A DNA stretch of 64,000 nt from Macrostomum lignano (taxonomy: Eukaryota): the NCBI GenBank assembly GCA_002269645.1, contig NIVC01002452.1:59625-123624 (forward strand), read 5' to 3'. Position numbers and translations under genes: made by a program. The notes beneath the pieces were generated by a model, which saw nothing but the letters and a program-made list of their open reading frames with translations, did no database searches and had not been told where the DNA came from. Shown here piece by piece: positions 1 through 23,400 of the stretch. Numbering within the stretch: the stretch's first letter is position 1; each line of letters starts with the position of its first letter.

Positions 1-1
1 G

Positions 2-154
2 TTCGGCCGCAAGCTGATGGAAACGGATGTGCACTCGGTGTACGAGCACAGGGTCCTGGGCAGCCTGTCCAACATGCCGCAGTTCGCCAAGGCGTTCGGC
101 TGCAAGCCCGGCTCACCCTTCAACCCTGCAAAGCGGTGCACCCTGTGGACCTGA
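2..154 (+). CDS. C-terminal end of an M13 family (neprilysin/ECE-like) metallopeptidase; partial
   Basis: Frame from nt 2 reads FGRKLMETDVHSVYEHRVLGSLSNMPQFAKAFGCKPGSPFNPAKRCTLWT*. This matches the M13 terminal pattern DxHS...RVxGxLSN...FaxAFxC..GS.xNP..xC.xW. TGA at 152-154. Confidence 0.9.
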   Translation, partial: FGRKLMETDVHSVYEHRVLGSLSNMPQFAKAFGCKPGSPFNPAKRCTLWT

Positions 155-736
155 GCCCGGGCCCCAGTGACTATACTGTTTACCCTCTTCGACGCACAAA
201 CCGTGTTCGCATCGATTTTGCAATTCGGTTTTGTGCAACCCGTTCTATTCTAATCTCTCCAGTAATTAATCGCCACTCGCTTATTGAGGCTTAAGGATGT
301 GATAACCTACAGAGACATGGCTATTTATTTATTTAAGCGTAACAATACAATAATTGAAAACGCGCCTTGAAGTTCGTCTTGTTGCCTGTTTGGGGGTCAT
401 TAAAATACGATCGAATGCTTGTTTGCTTTTTTTCGTTCAATTTATTACAGTATGAAGGTTGAAAAAACTGAACAAATTGATTATAAAATTATTCTTGCCA
501 TACGCCTTAATCAGTAGTGTAAAAGAGAATTTTCATTTAAATTGAAACAGTAAAAGTTTGAGATAAAAATTAAGTAACAAAGGATCCGAGATTTTTTTAA
601 GTCGCCATGACATTTTCAACAAAAATTTGATCTCGGGGAGAAAATCCCTTCCAGCTACTGTTAGTAGTTAGCAAGTATTTATAGTGCAGTTTCATTGCAA
701 ATAGGAATAGATAGTTCGTAAAGATCACCCACCGAC

Positions 737-11081
<10,345 letters not shown>

Positions 11082-11705
11082 TTTTTGCAAAGTGTATTTT
11101 CAGCGAACTACGAGTAACAGATAGCTCTGAGCCAGCTCTCCTCTCTTATAGCAGCGATACAAGCGAGTGCAGTCTTCCCTGCTTTCCTATCCCAATTTTT
11201 TGTGGCAGTGTAACAGACAGAGGTAAGGTGGAGACTTCAGACTGCAGCCCGCGGGGAGACAGAGATTGGCTGCTCGCTACGGACACAAGTTAAAGCTGGC
11301 GAGAGAAGCTGGGGATTTGGGATGGGGGGACGGAGCAGATCCAGGATTAGCAAAACGCGGCCTATGAGCCTATAAAAATCAATTCTACCGTATGGCACAG
11401 CTCAGATGTTGATTGATGATGGCTGGGTGCAGTGAGGCCAGGTTACGTGCTCATCTGCCTGCTCATCTGGTTTGGCGCCATCGGACTTAACACAGATATA
11501 TTCTGAGCTCACCCTGTCACGGGACAGATTGCAGTAGGACTGAACACAGCTGAGCGAATGGGATAAAATTAGATAATGATGAAGCAGTTGTTTTGGGATT
11601 TGGGCGATGGATAATTTAATGATTGCATTATTACTAAGTTGCGAAATCACAGCGGAAGTGCATTCTTATTTATAAAAAGCTACATGTAAACAGCTTTAGA
11701 ATTAA

Positions 11706-12940
11706 CCACCTGGGAACAGGGGAATGGGATGGGATGCCACACCTGGGAACAGGGAGATGGAATGGCACACCTGGGAAGAGGGAATGGCCATGGAGAGGCA
11801 CACCCGAGAACAGGGGTACGGGATGCCACACCTGGGAACAGGGGAATGGGATGGCACATCTGGGAACAGGGGTACGGGATGCCACACCTGGGAACAGGGG
11901 AATGGGATGGCACATCTGGGAACAGGGGTACGGGATGCCACACCTGGGAACAGGGGAATGGGATGGCACATCTGGGAACAGGGGTACGGGATGCCACACC
12001 TGGGAACAGGGGAATGGGATGGCACATCTGGGAACAGGGGTACGGGATGCCACACCTGGGAACAGGGGAATGGGATGGCACATCTGGGAACAGGGGTACG
12101 GGATGCCACACCTGGGAACAGGGGAATGGGATGGCACATCTGGGAACAGGGGTACGGGATGCCACACCTGGGAACAGGGGAATGGGATGCCACACCTGGG
12201 AACAGGGGAATCGGATGCCACACCTGGGAACAGGGAAATGGGATGGCACACCTGGGAACAGGGGAATGAAGAGGCACACCTGGGAACAGGCGAATAGGAA
12301 GCGCACCTGGGAACAGGGAAATGGAGAGGCACACCTGGGAACAGGGGAATGGAGAGGCACACCTGGGAACAGGGGAATGGAGAGGCACACCTGGGAACAG
12401 GGGAATGGAATGGCACACCTGGGAACAGGGGTACGGGATGCCACACCTTGGAACAGTGGAATGAAGAGGCACACCTGGGAACAGGGGAATGGGATGGCAT
12501 ACCTGGGAACAGGGGAATGGAGAGGCACACCTGGGAACAGGGGAATGGAGAGGCACACCTGGGAACAGGGGTACGGGATGCCACACCTTGGAACAGTGGA
12601 ATGAAGAGGCACACCTGGGAACAGGGGAATGGGATGGCATACCTGGGAACAGGGGAATGGAGAGGCACACCTAGGAACAGGGGAATGGGATGGCACACCT
12701 GGGAACAGGGGAACGGAGAGGCACACCTGGGAACAGGGGAATGGAGAGGCACACCTGGGAACAGGGGAATGGAATGGCACACCTGGGAACAGGAGTACGG
12801 GATGCCACACCTTGGAACAGTGGAATGAAGAGGCACACCTGGGAACAGGGGAATGGGATGGCATACCTGGGAACAGGGGAATGGAGAGGCACACCTAGGA
12901 ACAGGGGAATGGGATGGCACACCTGGGAACAGGGGAACGG
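11706..12940. repeat. 28-bp minisatellite with alternating 56-bp higher-order units, between the KLHDC8-like and FSTL-like genes
   Basis: CACACCTGGGAACAGGGGAATGGGATGG alternating with CACATCTGGGAACAGGGGTACGGGATGC. Confidence 0.96.
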
Positions 12941-13679
12941 GGTGGCTTGTTCTTGTTAGTTCGTATTGTATTGGATTGTACACATGTATATTTATTTAAT
13001 GAATGTTTCACACCAGTGCGCACTAAAACATCACGCTTACATCACGGCGCGCACTTCTGCTTTTGCGCGCTAATCTAGCGCACTCCCTCAATTTCGGAGC
13101 AAGAGAAAATAATGAGTAAAACTAATAAAACAATATGGAACTTTTCAATTGCAGGTATTGATTGCTGCAATATTATTTAAATGTGCATGCACATTGTGTA
13201 TGTTTAGCAATAGTTATAAAAGGCAGAAATCTTGCACATAGCATGCCAATGCCTTTACAAACAAATAAATCAGAAGTATTAAAAAAGCAAAAATGAACTA
13301 TTAAGCATAAAGCCAAGAATTGTTTTATAGCAGTAAGCATTGATTAGGTAATAAATATGTAGAAAACAATAAAAGTCACGCAGTATAGTGACAGGCTACT
13401 AAAGAGTCTCACAAGTCAAGGATAGCAGAGGTCGAAGCCAGCCACGATTCAAGATATTTTAACTACACTACTTGAACTAACCAAATAAGTAGGACAAAAA
13501 GCATTTAAACTTCATCAGAATTAGAAAAACATTTTCCCATCATTTTGGCCTTAACAAAAAGTTAAGAAAAAAGTAAGTTATAACAAATCAGGACTGCATC
13601 ACGAATCTGTTTATGATGGACAGCAACTTTTTAGCGATTTGAAATTATTGGAAGCAGCCGCGTAGGGAGAGAAGTTGAC

Positions 13680-13930
13680 TGTTGAGATAAGCTGAGACTG
13701 GATGGGTAGAATAAGAGAGTATGGGATATGATTAAACAGGGTGAGATTAGATTAGATAAGACTGAGATAAGATAAGACGGGGTGAGATAAGATGAGACTG
13801 AGTGAGATAAGATAAGACGGGGTGAGATAAGATGAGACTGAGTAAGAATAGATAAGAACAGGGCAAAACACGGGGTGAGATTGGATAAGATTGAATGGGA
13901 TAGTGAGAGTAGATACACGTAAGAGAGGGT
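13680..13930. repeat. GATAA/GAGAT-rich low-complexity tract
   Basis: Degenerate GAGATAAGAT copies downstream of the kelch gene stop. Confidence 0.75.
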
Positions 13931-14009
13931 GAGATAGATGAGGCTGGGACAAATCCAGCTCAGACTTAATTAAAGCAGGGAGTCCCAAGCAGCACAGCTA
14001 GCAGAGAAT

Positions 14010-14318
14010 TCAAACGGCCGCCAGATCCAGGTAGTCCACAGCCTGGCTGAGGCTGCCCTCGGCGATGCCGCCAGCCAGGTAGAGCCGGGCTCCGGCGGCC
14101 AGGTAGGCGCAGCTCATGTGGCCAGACGGCAGGGCGGATTGCTCCGTCCAGGTGTCCGAGTCCGGCCGGTACAGGTGGCAGGAGGTGCTGGGCCGGCCAG
14201 TGTTGTCTGAGGGCGAGATCGGCGATGGGAAGGGGCGGTGATCACCAGCTGGTGCTGCGTGTGGGTAGTGAAATAGGTAAGCAGACTAGCTAAGGCTAGT
14301 CTAAGCCTAAAGCTAGAC

Positions 14319-14353
<35 letters not shown>

Positions 14354-14436
14354 GTCAGACAGACAGACAGTCAGGCAGACAGACAGACAGTCAGCCAGAC
14401 AGACAGACAGTCAGACAGACAGACAGACAGGCAGGC

Positions 14437-14481
<45 letters not shown>

Positions 14482-17400
14482 GTCAGGCAGACAGACAGAC
14501 AGGCAGACAGACAGACAGACAGACAGACAGGCAGACAGACAGACAGGCAGACAGACAGTAGCAAGCTGATTCCCGTACCGAATCCGGCAGCGAGGATGAC
14601 CCGGCCATCGTCCAGAGTACACTGGGCGGCGTCGGCCCGGCCAATCAGCAGGTTGGCACACTCGGACCATTGCTCTGCGTGTGGGGTGTTAAAGAAAGAT
14701 TAGCTTTTCAATGTGGGAACTGCAACTCGCATAGAGTGGCCGATACAAGCAGAGCCTCGTAGGTTGAGTTGGATTGGGGCGATTCTCAGGTGGGATTGGG
14801 GCGATTCTCACGGTTGGATTGGGGCGATTCTCAGGTGGGATTGGGGCGATTCTCAGGGTTGGATTGGGGCAATTCCTAATGTTAGATTGGGGCGACTCTC
14901 AGGTGGGATTAGGGCGATTCTCAGGTGGGATTGGGGCGATTCTCACGGTTAGATTGGGGCGATTCTCAGTGCTGGATTGGGGCGATTCTCAGGTGGGATT
15001 GGGGCGATTCTCAGGTGGGATTGGAGCGATTCTCAGGTAGGATTGGGGCGATTCTCAGTGCTGGATTGGGGCGATTCTCAGGTGGGATTGGGGCGATTCT
15101 CAGGTGGGATTGGAGCGATTCTCAGGTAGGATTGGGGCGATTCTCAGTGCTGGATTGGGGCGATTCTCAGGTGGGATTAAGGCGATTCGCAGGGTTGGAT
15201 TGGGCCGACTCGCAGGGTTGGATTGGGCCGATTCGCAGGGTTGGATTGGGCCGATTCGCAGGGTTGGATTGGGCCGATTCTCACGGTTGGATTGGGCCGA
15301 TTCGCAGGGTTGGATTGGGCCGATTCGCAGGGTTGGATTGGGCCGATTCGCAGGGTTGGATTGGGCCGACTCGCAGGGTTGGATTGGGCCGATTCGCAGG
15401 GTTGGATTGGGCCGATTCGCAGGGTTGGATTGGGCCGATTCGCAGGGTTGGATTGGGCCGATTCGCAGGGTTGGATTGGGCCGATTCTCACGGTTGGATT
15501 GGGCCGATTCTCACGGTTGGATTGGGCCGATTCGCAGGGTTAGATTGGGCCGATTCGCAGGGTTGGATTGGGCCGATTCGCAGGGTTGGATTGGGCCGAT
15601 TCTCACGGTTGGATTGGGCCGATTCGCAGGGTTGTATTGGGCCGATTCTCACGGTTGGATTGGGCCGATTCGCAGGGTTGGATTGGGCCGATTCTCACGG
15701 TTGGATTGGGCCGATTCTCAGGGTTGGATTGGGGGCGATTCTCAGGGTTGGATTAGGCCGATTCGCAGGGTTGGATTGGGCCGATTCTCACGGTTGGATT
15801 GGGCCGATTCGCAGGGTTGGATTGGGCCGATTCGCAGGGTTGGATTGGGCCGATTCGCAGGGTTGGATTGGGCCGACTCGCAGGGTTGGATCGGCAACAA
15901 TAGCAATCTAACAGCTGCTCACCAGTGTCCAAATCGAACGAATGGCACAGGCAGGAGAAGCCGCTGGCCAGATTGCCGGGGTCCAGGCCGCCCATGCAGA
16001 GGACCCGGCGGCCAGTGCGGGCATAGATGGGGAACACGCGGCCGTGGCTGGGCAGGTCGGGCAGTGGGCGCCATTTGCAGGCGCGGAAGTCGAATACTTC
16101 GCAACCGGCTACAGGGGTTCGACCCTCTCGACCGCCTGGCAGTGTTCGAAGCAACCAATTAGCAACTAGTTGAGTTTAACAGATAGAATAGAGTATGGGA
16201 TAATGAGAAAGGAGAGACAGCTGGGAAGGGTGAGGGACAGTTGTAGCTAAAACGAGTAGAAAATCCGGGCGCTGGCAGAGCAAGCCTGAGATGGGATTTC
16301 CCTAACAATAAATTAGAGAAAGATTTGCTCTTCGACACTAGCATCATACTTGTTAGGCTAAAGGATCAACTTGAGCCTCTGTGGTAGTGCACTAATGTCT
16401 GAGGCCTGTCAGTTATACTACTACATGTATGCAGATATAAGGCACGTCAGCGTCTTCAAATGGCACACAGATAAATTGGTATGCAAATTACGGGATTAAG
16501 ATCAAGGAAAGTGCACGAGTGTGCAACAAGAGACTGCAAACGGCTGGGAAAAAGTCAGTCAAATGTAGCTATTCAAACATTTATTTTCCCGTTGCCTAGC
16601 TATTTGCTTCAACAAAGATTCTAAGTGACAATCGATTGGCTGATTTCTATATTTTTAGAGTTTCAATTCTCAGCTACCAAATATGGCAAATTGTCAAAGA
16701 AGCGATACAATATGCCGGGAATAATTTTAGATGCAATCACCGCTGTCTTTTTTTACTAACAAAGCAGCAGCGCGATGCTGGATATAATTCAAACAGTAGG
16801 AAAGGACTGTTTAAATAAGACGAATCGGCGCTCATCGCCATAAGGGTCAAATGCGATGCGTGCTGGAGTCGATGACTAGCTGGAGCGTGCTGAGCAAGAT
16901 TCAGCAAGGTAAGCCAATGACAATATCGGACCAATACAAGGCCAGGAGAAGCCAATGCCAGCCTGAAGGGTTCCGCATCGCGACGCAGCCAGCCTCCTCT
17001 ATCCCCCCTCATTATAAGTGAAGCAACGTCCAGGAAACCAGGAGGAATTTTTGCTGACGCAGACATACCTTCAATATCGTTGGCATTGAGGCTCAATAAA
17101 ACAGTAAATCTCAAGCTCCAAATTTACTTCGTTAGGCAATAAAGGTAAGTTTCGATAACTTCAGTGATATTGTCCTGTAAGTCGTGACAGTGCGTGCCGC
17201 AGCACAGGAAGGAAAAGTTTCAGGGCGATAACTCAGTTCCAAGAATCAATACGGGTCGAAGGCAAAAATATCATATGATCTAGTCTGTCTTTATCTCAAT
17301 TCGATTCGGACTCGAAAAACTCACTTTTAAGATACTCAAGCTAGGAAGGAAAGTCACTTGTCCTGAGTTTCCCTCACTGGCACGGTCGTTGAGAGCTAAA

Positions 17401-20400
17401 AGTATTACTTCTGCACACTACAGACTGCTGCAAGGATTTTAATGAGATCTTAACACTCCACAGTCAGAGTTTACGAGGGTCACTCCGAAAGTTTTTAGAA
17501 CGGAACGGTTATAATGCTAATAACAAAACAAAACTCTAAAATTTTCAAAGTAACTCCCTCCAGTAGCGATGCACTTCTCCATTTGGCGAAACCATTGCTC
17601 AAAAGCGTGTGAGAAGGCCGAACTTGGCAGGTGTCAATTGCATGCATGTAAGCTTGCAGGGCTGCCTCTGGGGTCTCAAATCGCTGGCCCCGAATCTGCT
17701 GTTTGACTGTCGGAAACAGGAAAAAGTCGCAGGGGGCCAGGTCAGGCGAGTAGGGTAAGTGGGAGACCAGCTTGACTCCATTTTGCTCCAGGAAGGCAGA
17801 AGTCAACCGTGCAGAGTGGGTGCTGGCGTTGTCCTAGTGCAGCTGGCGGCCTCGGGTTCGTGTTTTGTCGCCTCTGGAACCAAGCGCTGATGACCTGAGG
17901 AAGGCAGTGGCTGGTGTACCATGCCGCAGTCACCGTGCGATGATCCTCCAGGGGCACCGACACCAGATGGCCGGAGGCGGTGATAAAGGAGGCGACTATC
18001 TTCTTTGCGACTGTAACTCGTCGTAGGTTATTTGCCTGTTCTAGTTTACCAGTCGCTCAGCTTTATTGATGTTGTGCTGGGTTACAGCTGTCGAGGGCCG
18101 ACCGCTGCGACCTTATCACTCAGGCAGGTGCGCTGCGAACGAAACTCGCGAAACCAGTTAAACAAATAAACAAGACACACGAATGAGCCACAAGAAAGTA
18201 CTCAAAGAAATACATGTACAAGCAACAGATTATAATGTTTTAGAAAAGCGAGCAGTTGTGAACCAGTTTTTTTTTAAACTCTTACTACCCACAGATGCCG
18301 TCCCAACGCAGCATTCCCAATTTGATCACGCTGGCAGCCGCTACATCGCTGCTACTGCTGGCAATCAGTAGCCAAACTGGCATCGTCACTGCCGCCGCAG
18401 TGTCCGAGCCGCAGAACTCCGGAGTGCGCAACGTAGCCCGAGATCGGTACGACGATTTGGCTAACCGGCTGGCGGCTTCCGTGCTACTGAGCGAGGAGGA
18501 GCCGCAGCTGATGCAGTCAGGAAACACGGACGAGAACTACCCGGTTCCTGAAGTTGGCTTCAAGCTCCTTCGCCAGCATCGGCAGCAAGGAGGAGTCGGA
18601 CGGCAGCAGCAGAAGAAGTGGTACGAGTGGGGCAAGTGAGCAATGAAAGCGCAACAGCTTTTATCGAATCGACCCAGAGAGCCGGCCATATTTCGATCTA
18701 CTAATATCCGACTGATTCCTATTATAAACTGATAACAGTGACATTGAAAGTAAAAATCGACTGCGGCTTTAAGTGCGCTTGCGTTACCGTTTGCAATACC
18801 GTTAATAACAACAGTTTCTATCATTAAACGCCATGGACAACTCAAGTAAAACAAAATAATCATTGCAATTTTGAAAAAGGCGGACTAAATGGCCGTTTTC
18901 AGCTTAAGCCTATAAATTATTTGTTTTAAAATCCAGGTGCAGATCATAGATTGAGAATAGCCCAGTATCAAGTCGTATTGCAATCTTACTGTAAATTAGA
19001 CTCGAACTGTCTAGAGTGCTTCTAGTCACAACAAATAGTCAGCCAGGCGGAAGTGAGAGCATCTCACTTCATCTTCATCTGACTAGGATGTTTCGATCAT
19101 AGCATCAACTCCAAGCCGATGCTGATCTATGCAAATATGAGCTGTCAAAACGTCCACAAGCTGTCCACAATAGCACAGGACCAGAGCAACTTTCACTTTC
19201 TGTCGTCATTTCACTCCAACGCACTCGAAAGCTGAAAGTGAGCTTAACGATAAAATCGCAAGGAACCCCAGTGGCGCAATATGGCACTATAAGGGTTGGG
19301 GCTGGCACTGTAGAATGCCCGCGGATTCTATGAACTGTGGGGGAGAGGACTGGATATGCGCGCATAACACTGGGCATAAGCGCGCTGTGCCAACAGCAGC
19401 TAGATTAAGTGCGCAAGTTGTACATCTTTTTGCATGATCCAGAATAAGAGTGCAACGAATGTGTTCGACTTTGGAATGAGCGCACAGGCTATTCTGTTTG
19501 ATTTTTGACCATTTCAATTCTTAATAATTTTACTTTTCTGAGTAGCTCTTTAACAAAAGTTCGATTGCTAGCTACTCCGTCTAAAATATAGATAACTTAT
19601 AAACATCTAGCCTCTCCCATCATAGAGGGGGTGGCTCCACCCCTCTGTACCAGATTGCAAACACGTTTCTGATAGGTTGATCTTTTCTGTGGCTATATTT
19701 GTAAAGAAAATAAAGAGCTACAGAAGACGGCCGCCGAGGCTCAAAACTGTTCATCAAATATGGCTATAGATAGCAAGAGTGGTAGCAAAATAGGATTCCG
19801 AGCTACTGCAAGAACTGCCCAGATCGCATTCTGCAACGTCACCCTCACTCATCCCATGCCCCATCCATAACTATTAGCAGCTGTATTTATAATCACAATA
19901 AAAAACCAGATGTTTACAGCGCCGATGCGCTAATGACATATTAGGCCAATATGAGTTGTTCTCAAAAGCGGCTAGGGCTTTAAAGTCACAAAGCAACCAG
20001 CCGCGTTTAAGCAACAAACTAAACTAAAAAACGTAACTATGTAGCAGCAGCAGCATTGGCGGCACGTTTGAGATCCCATCAACTGCATGAAAAGCTACTC
20101 AAATAAAAAGCAACTAGCTTTATCCCAAATTGCCATCTTTGATTTAGGGCTCCCGTTTTAGAACTGGCAGTTTTGGCAAACAATAGCAGCACAAATGCTT
20201 GAGGAGAGTTGCTCGTTGCAACACAAAGGAGAATCGGCATTGATCTGCCATCTGATTCCCGACAAGCCTATCTTCGCATCATGGATCCTTCTTCGTTTCA
20301 GTTATGAATTTTTTATAGCACAGATAATGCGCGCTTGAATCATTTAGGAATCATTTTAATTTAGGATCGCTCTGGCATCCAGCAGCAACCCCATTTTACC

Positions 20401-23400
20401 CAGGCTATTCCAGTATTGTTAGTCGCGAATTCTGCTGGCTTTTATTATGAAAACCAGTGATGATTGCAATTTTTAAGCAACAATAATTTTACGATTTGAA
20501 TTAAAAAAAACAATTTAACTGTGTCTTGCTGTAAAGTAGCTTTATATATCTTAGAACAAAATTTGATTGCTTTCAAAGCAGCTTTGCACATACTTCATCT
20601 ATCAGCAAGTTTGACACTTCGCCGTGTAAAGCGGAGCTGTTCGATTCACCAAGATCCAGACACGGCGGGCATTGTTGCCTCAGAGACTTGGGAGAAGCTT
20701 TCAGTCTCACCCGCCTCTCCCCCTTTTTCCTCTCTTTCAACGCGACGCTGGTACAGTTTGTCCATCGCAAACAACCGCATAATGCCGCCGCTGCGTGCGG
20801 GATACGGCGTGAAGGAGAGCTAAAAAACTCCAGCTAATGTATATCGATATGAGCTGCCAACGGGTTTTAGGGAAATAAGTTGTGCGATTAGTCTCATGTC
20901 TCATGCAACTACACCAGTATATACCAATTAGAATATGTGTGAATGTCATTTTTACCGTTTTTCTACTTTGCAGCACATTTAGGCAGTCAGAAGATGCCGT
21001 CAAGTCTCATCGTCAACTCTCAACAAGATAATGTCAAGTCACAATAAGATAACGTCAAGTCTCAATAAGATACCATCAAGTCTCAACAAAATACCGTCAA
21101 GTCTTAGCAGGATGCCATTAAGTCTCAGCAAGATACCGTCAAGTCTCTAAAAGACATTATCAAACTCTATAAGACATCGTCAGATTTACGAGTATAAATA
21201 CACGGGGGGGTAACATAAAGACACCCCAGATCCTGGTGTTTTTTTCGTAAAATTCTTATGCCATTCGCAAGATCAATATGGCATTGACAGAATCTATATT
21301 TTTATTATTTAACGATATCTTACCAACATTCCTTTCAAGCACTACTTTTAAGGACAATAATAACAACGAAATTGAAATTTGAAAAAAGAATCCTGAAAAA
21401 CTAAATTTTGTTATAACGCCAACAAAATCACCAATCTATTTCAATATTCGACCATGTCATCGCAAGATTATGACACAAAAAACCGAAGGTCAGATCTAGA
21501 AGACACAACCAAGTCCCTAAAAGACTTCACCACTTTTCTTAATACACAGCACGCAATATTTTTAGTCATTCTCGTATTCCCTCCAAATGCATTGGAACAT
21601 CTACAAGAAAACTCAACTAGGAAACTCAAACGCGCAATGCCGATTTAACTTGAGTCTGGACAGTTTCACAGTGTCGAATAACGCAATTTCCTTGCTAAGT
21701 GATCGAGATTCGAGGTTGGGTTTTAATCAGAGCCTTCTTTTTCCTCTAAAAAACAACCCCCCGAGTTGTCAACGCATGGGGGGTCAGTTAAGTTCAAGGC
21801 TAAGGTCAATTTTAAGTGTCTCGCATTTTATACTGTTGTCTAAAGTTTTTTTGCGATTAGTTAAATTTTCAGACTGCTACAAACACAGTTAGTTAACTTA
21901 ACTTGCACGCCTTGGCGTAAGATTCCAAACCTACCACTTTGGAAGCGGTACAAAACAGTTGAAAAAACCTGTCAGTTATCAGTCTGCGATAGCGCAGTCA
22001 TTTTCAACCCCAACTTAGTTCCTTTTTTAATTGCAGCTAGTTCGTCCTAGAGGCAGCGCGTGTGCTGCAGGGCTTGTGTGCAAAGCGCAGTTTGCGTACA
22101 CTTGTACACATACACAAGCAAGTCTTCAAGGCTGAGAGACAAAACTGTGCATTTAAAGGTAAGCAAGAAGTTAACGAATCGGCCAAAAGCAAAAAAGAAC
22201 GCGCGCACACAAGGACCTTGCATGAATCATGAATCACCTACTCAGGTAAGTTTTAGAGAATTTCGACTGGGAAAAATTCCGATACAGCTGCATCTGTCAA
22301 AAAAGAAAGACAAGACTTCACTCCGGGCTGTCTGCTTTCTGTTGAGCGGCATTCCGGCATTCAAGAATGCTCAACGCAGGAGAGAGGTACTCAGCTGGCC
22401 CAGCGGAGAGGAAATAGCATTCGCCGAATTCTCTTTAACGCCTTATAATAAATAGAGGCTTCAAGCAGCAAGCAACACTTGCGGCTGAATGCCTAACAGA
22501 ATAGGATCGATAGCTAAAGCGATGCCATTGGCAATTACACTGTCAAGACAATCCTTACAATCGTCGTATCCTTTAGATAGTGCTTGACAGATGACAGACA
22601 ATAGAATGACAAGTAGCTAAGTACTAGTTAACTTAAACATTTAACTGAATGAGACTATGGAACCCTATTGTTGGAAGTATATTGTCAATATAGCGTTTGA
22701 AATGCAGCAAAAATATAAGTACTTAAATTTAATTCTGAGATGCTTTAAAAGTGCTGACACTGGTGTCTTGACAAACTTTATACCACCCATTTCAACCATC
22801 CTTTCGGTTACATCGCAAGCCTGCAGTATAAGTTCAAACCTTCTGCTTCATAGCAAGCGATCCAGTATATTCTCAAACCTGCTTCATAACAAGCCTGCAG
22901 TATAATCTCAAACCCTATTTTATTCCATCGTAAACTTTTTTTCGTTCTTTTCAACTCTTCAGCCAAGGACTTCTACTTCTACTGCTGATACCATTGGCTT
23001 CAGCGGCCGCCCTGAAAGAAAGCCGCAGCAGCACAAAGCCGCCGCTACTACTGATTTCATTGGACGGCTTTCGGTACGACTATCTGACACTATTCGCTAA
23101 TGAGACGCCAAATATGAATAGACTGGCGCAACTAGAAGGCGCCTACGCGGCCAGGGTTAAGCCGGCCTACATGACCAAAACAGCGGCCAACCATTGGACC
23201 ATGGTTACTGGCCAACACCAAGAGGTTCACGGCGTAGTCAACAATCAGATGTTCGACCCGGTTTTCAATGAAACAGTCGACATGTTTAATACTGACGACG
23301 AGCGTTGGTGGAACGCGTCCGAGCCAATTTGGCTGACAGCGGAAGCGAGCGGCCTGCGCGCTGGTGTGTACAGGTGGCCCGGCGGTCACGTGGCCATTGG

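Noticed and set aside
16737-17114. 125-aa minus-strand ORF
   Set aside because: No recognisable motif or splice support; overlaps the probable 5' UTR exon of the neuropeptide gene on the other strand.
19624-19646. GC hairpin AGAGGGGGTGG-CT-CCACCCCTCT as a Helitron 3' end
   Set aside because: The nearby CTAG is not followed by the expected T, and no matching 5' end or second copy was found.
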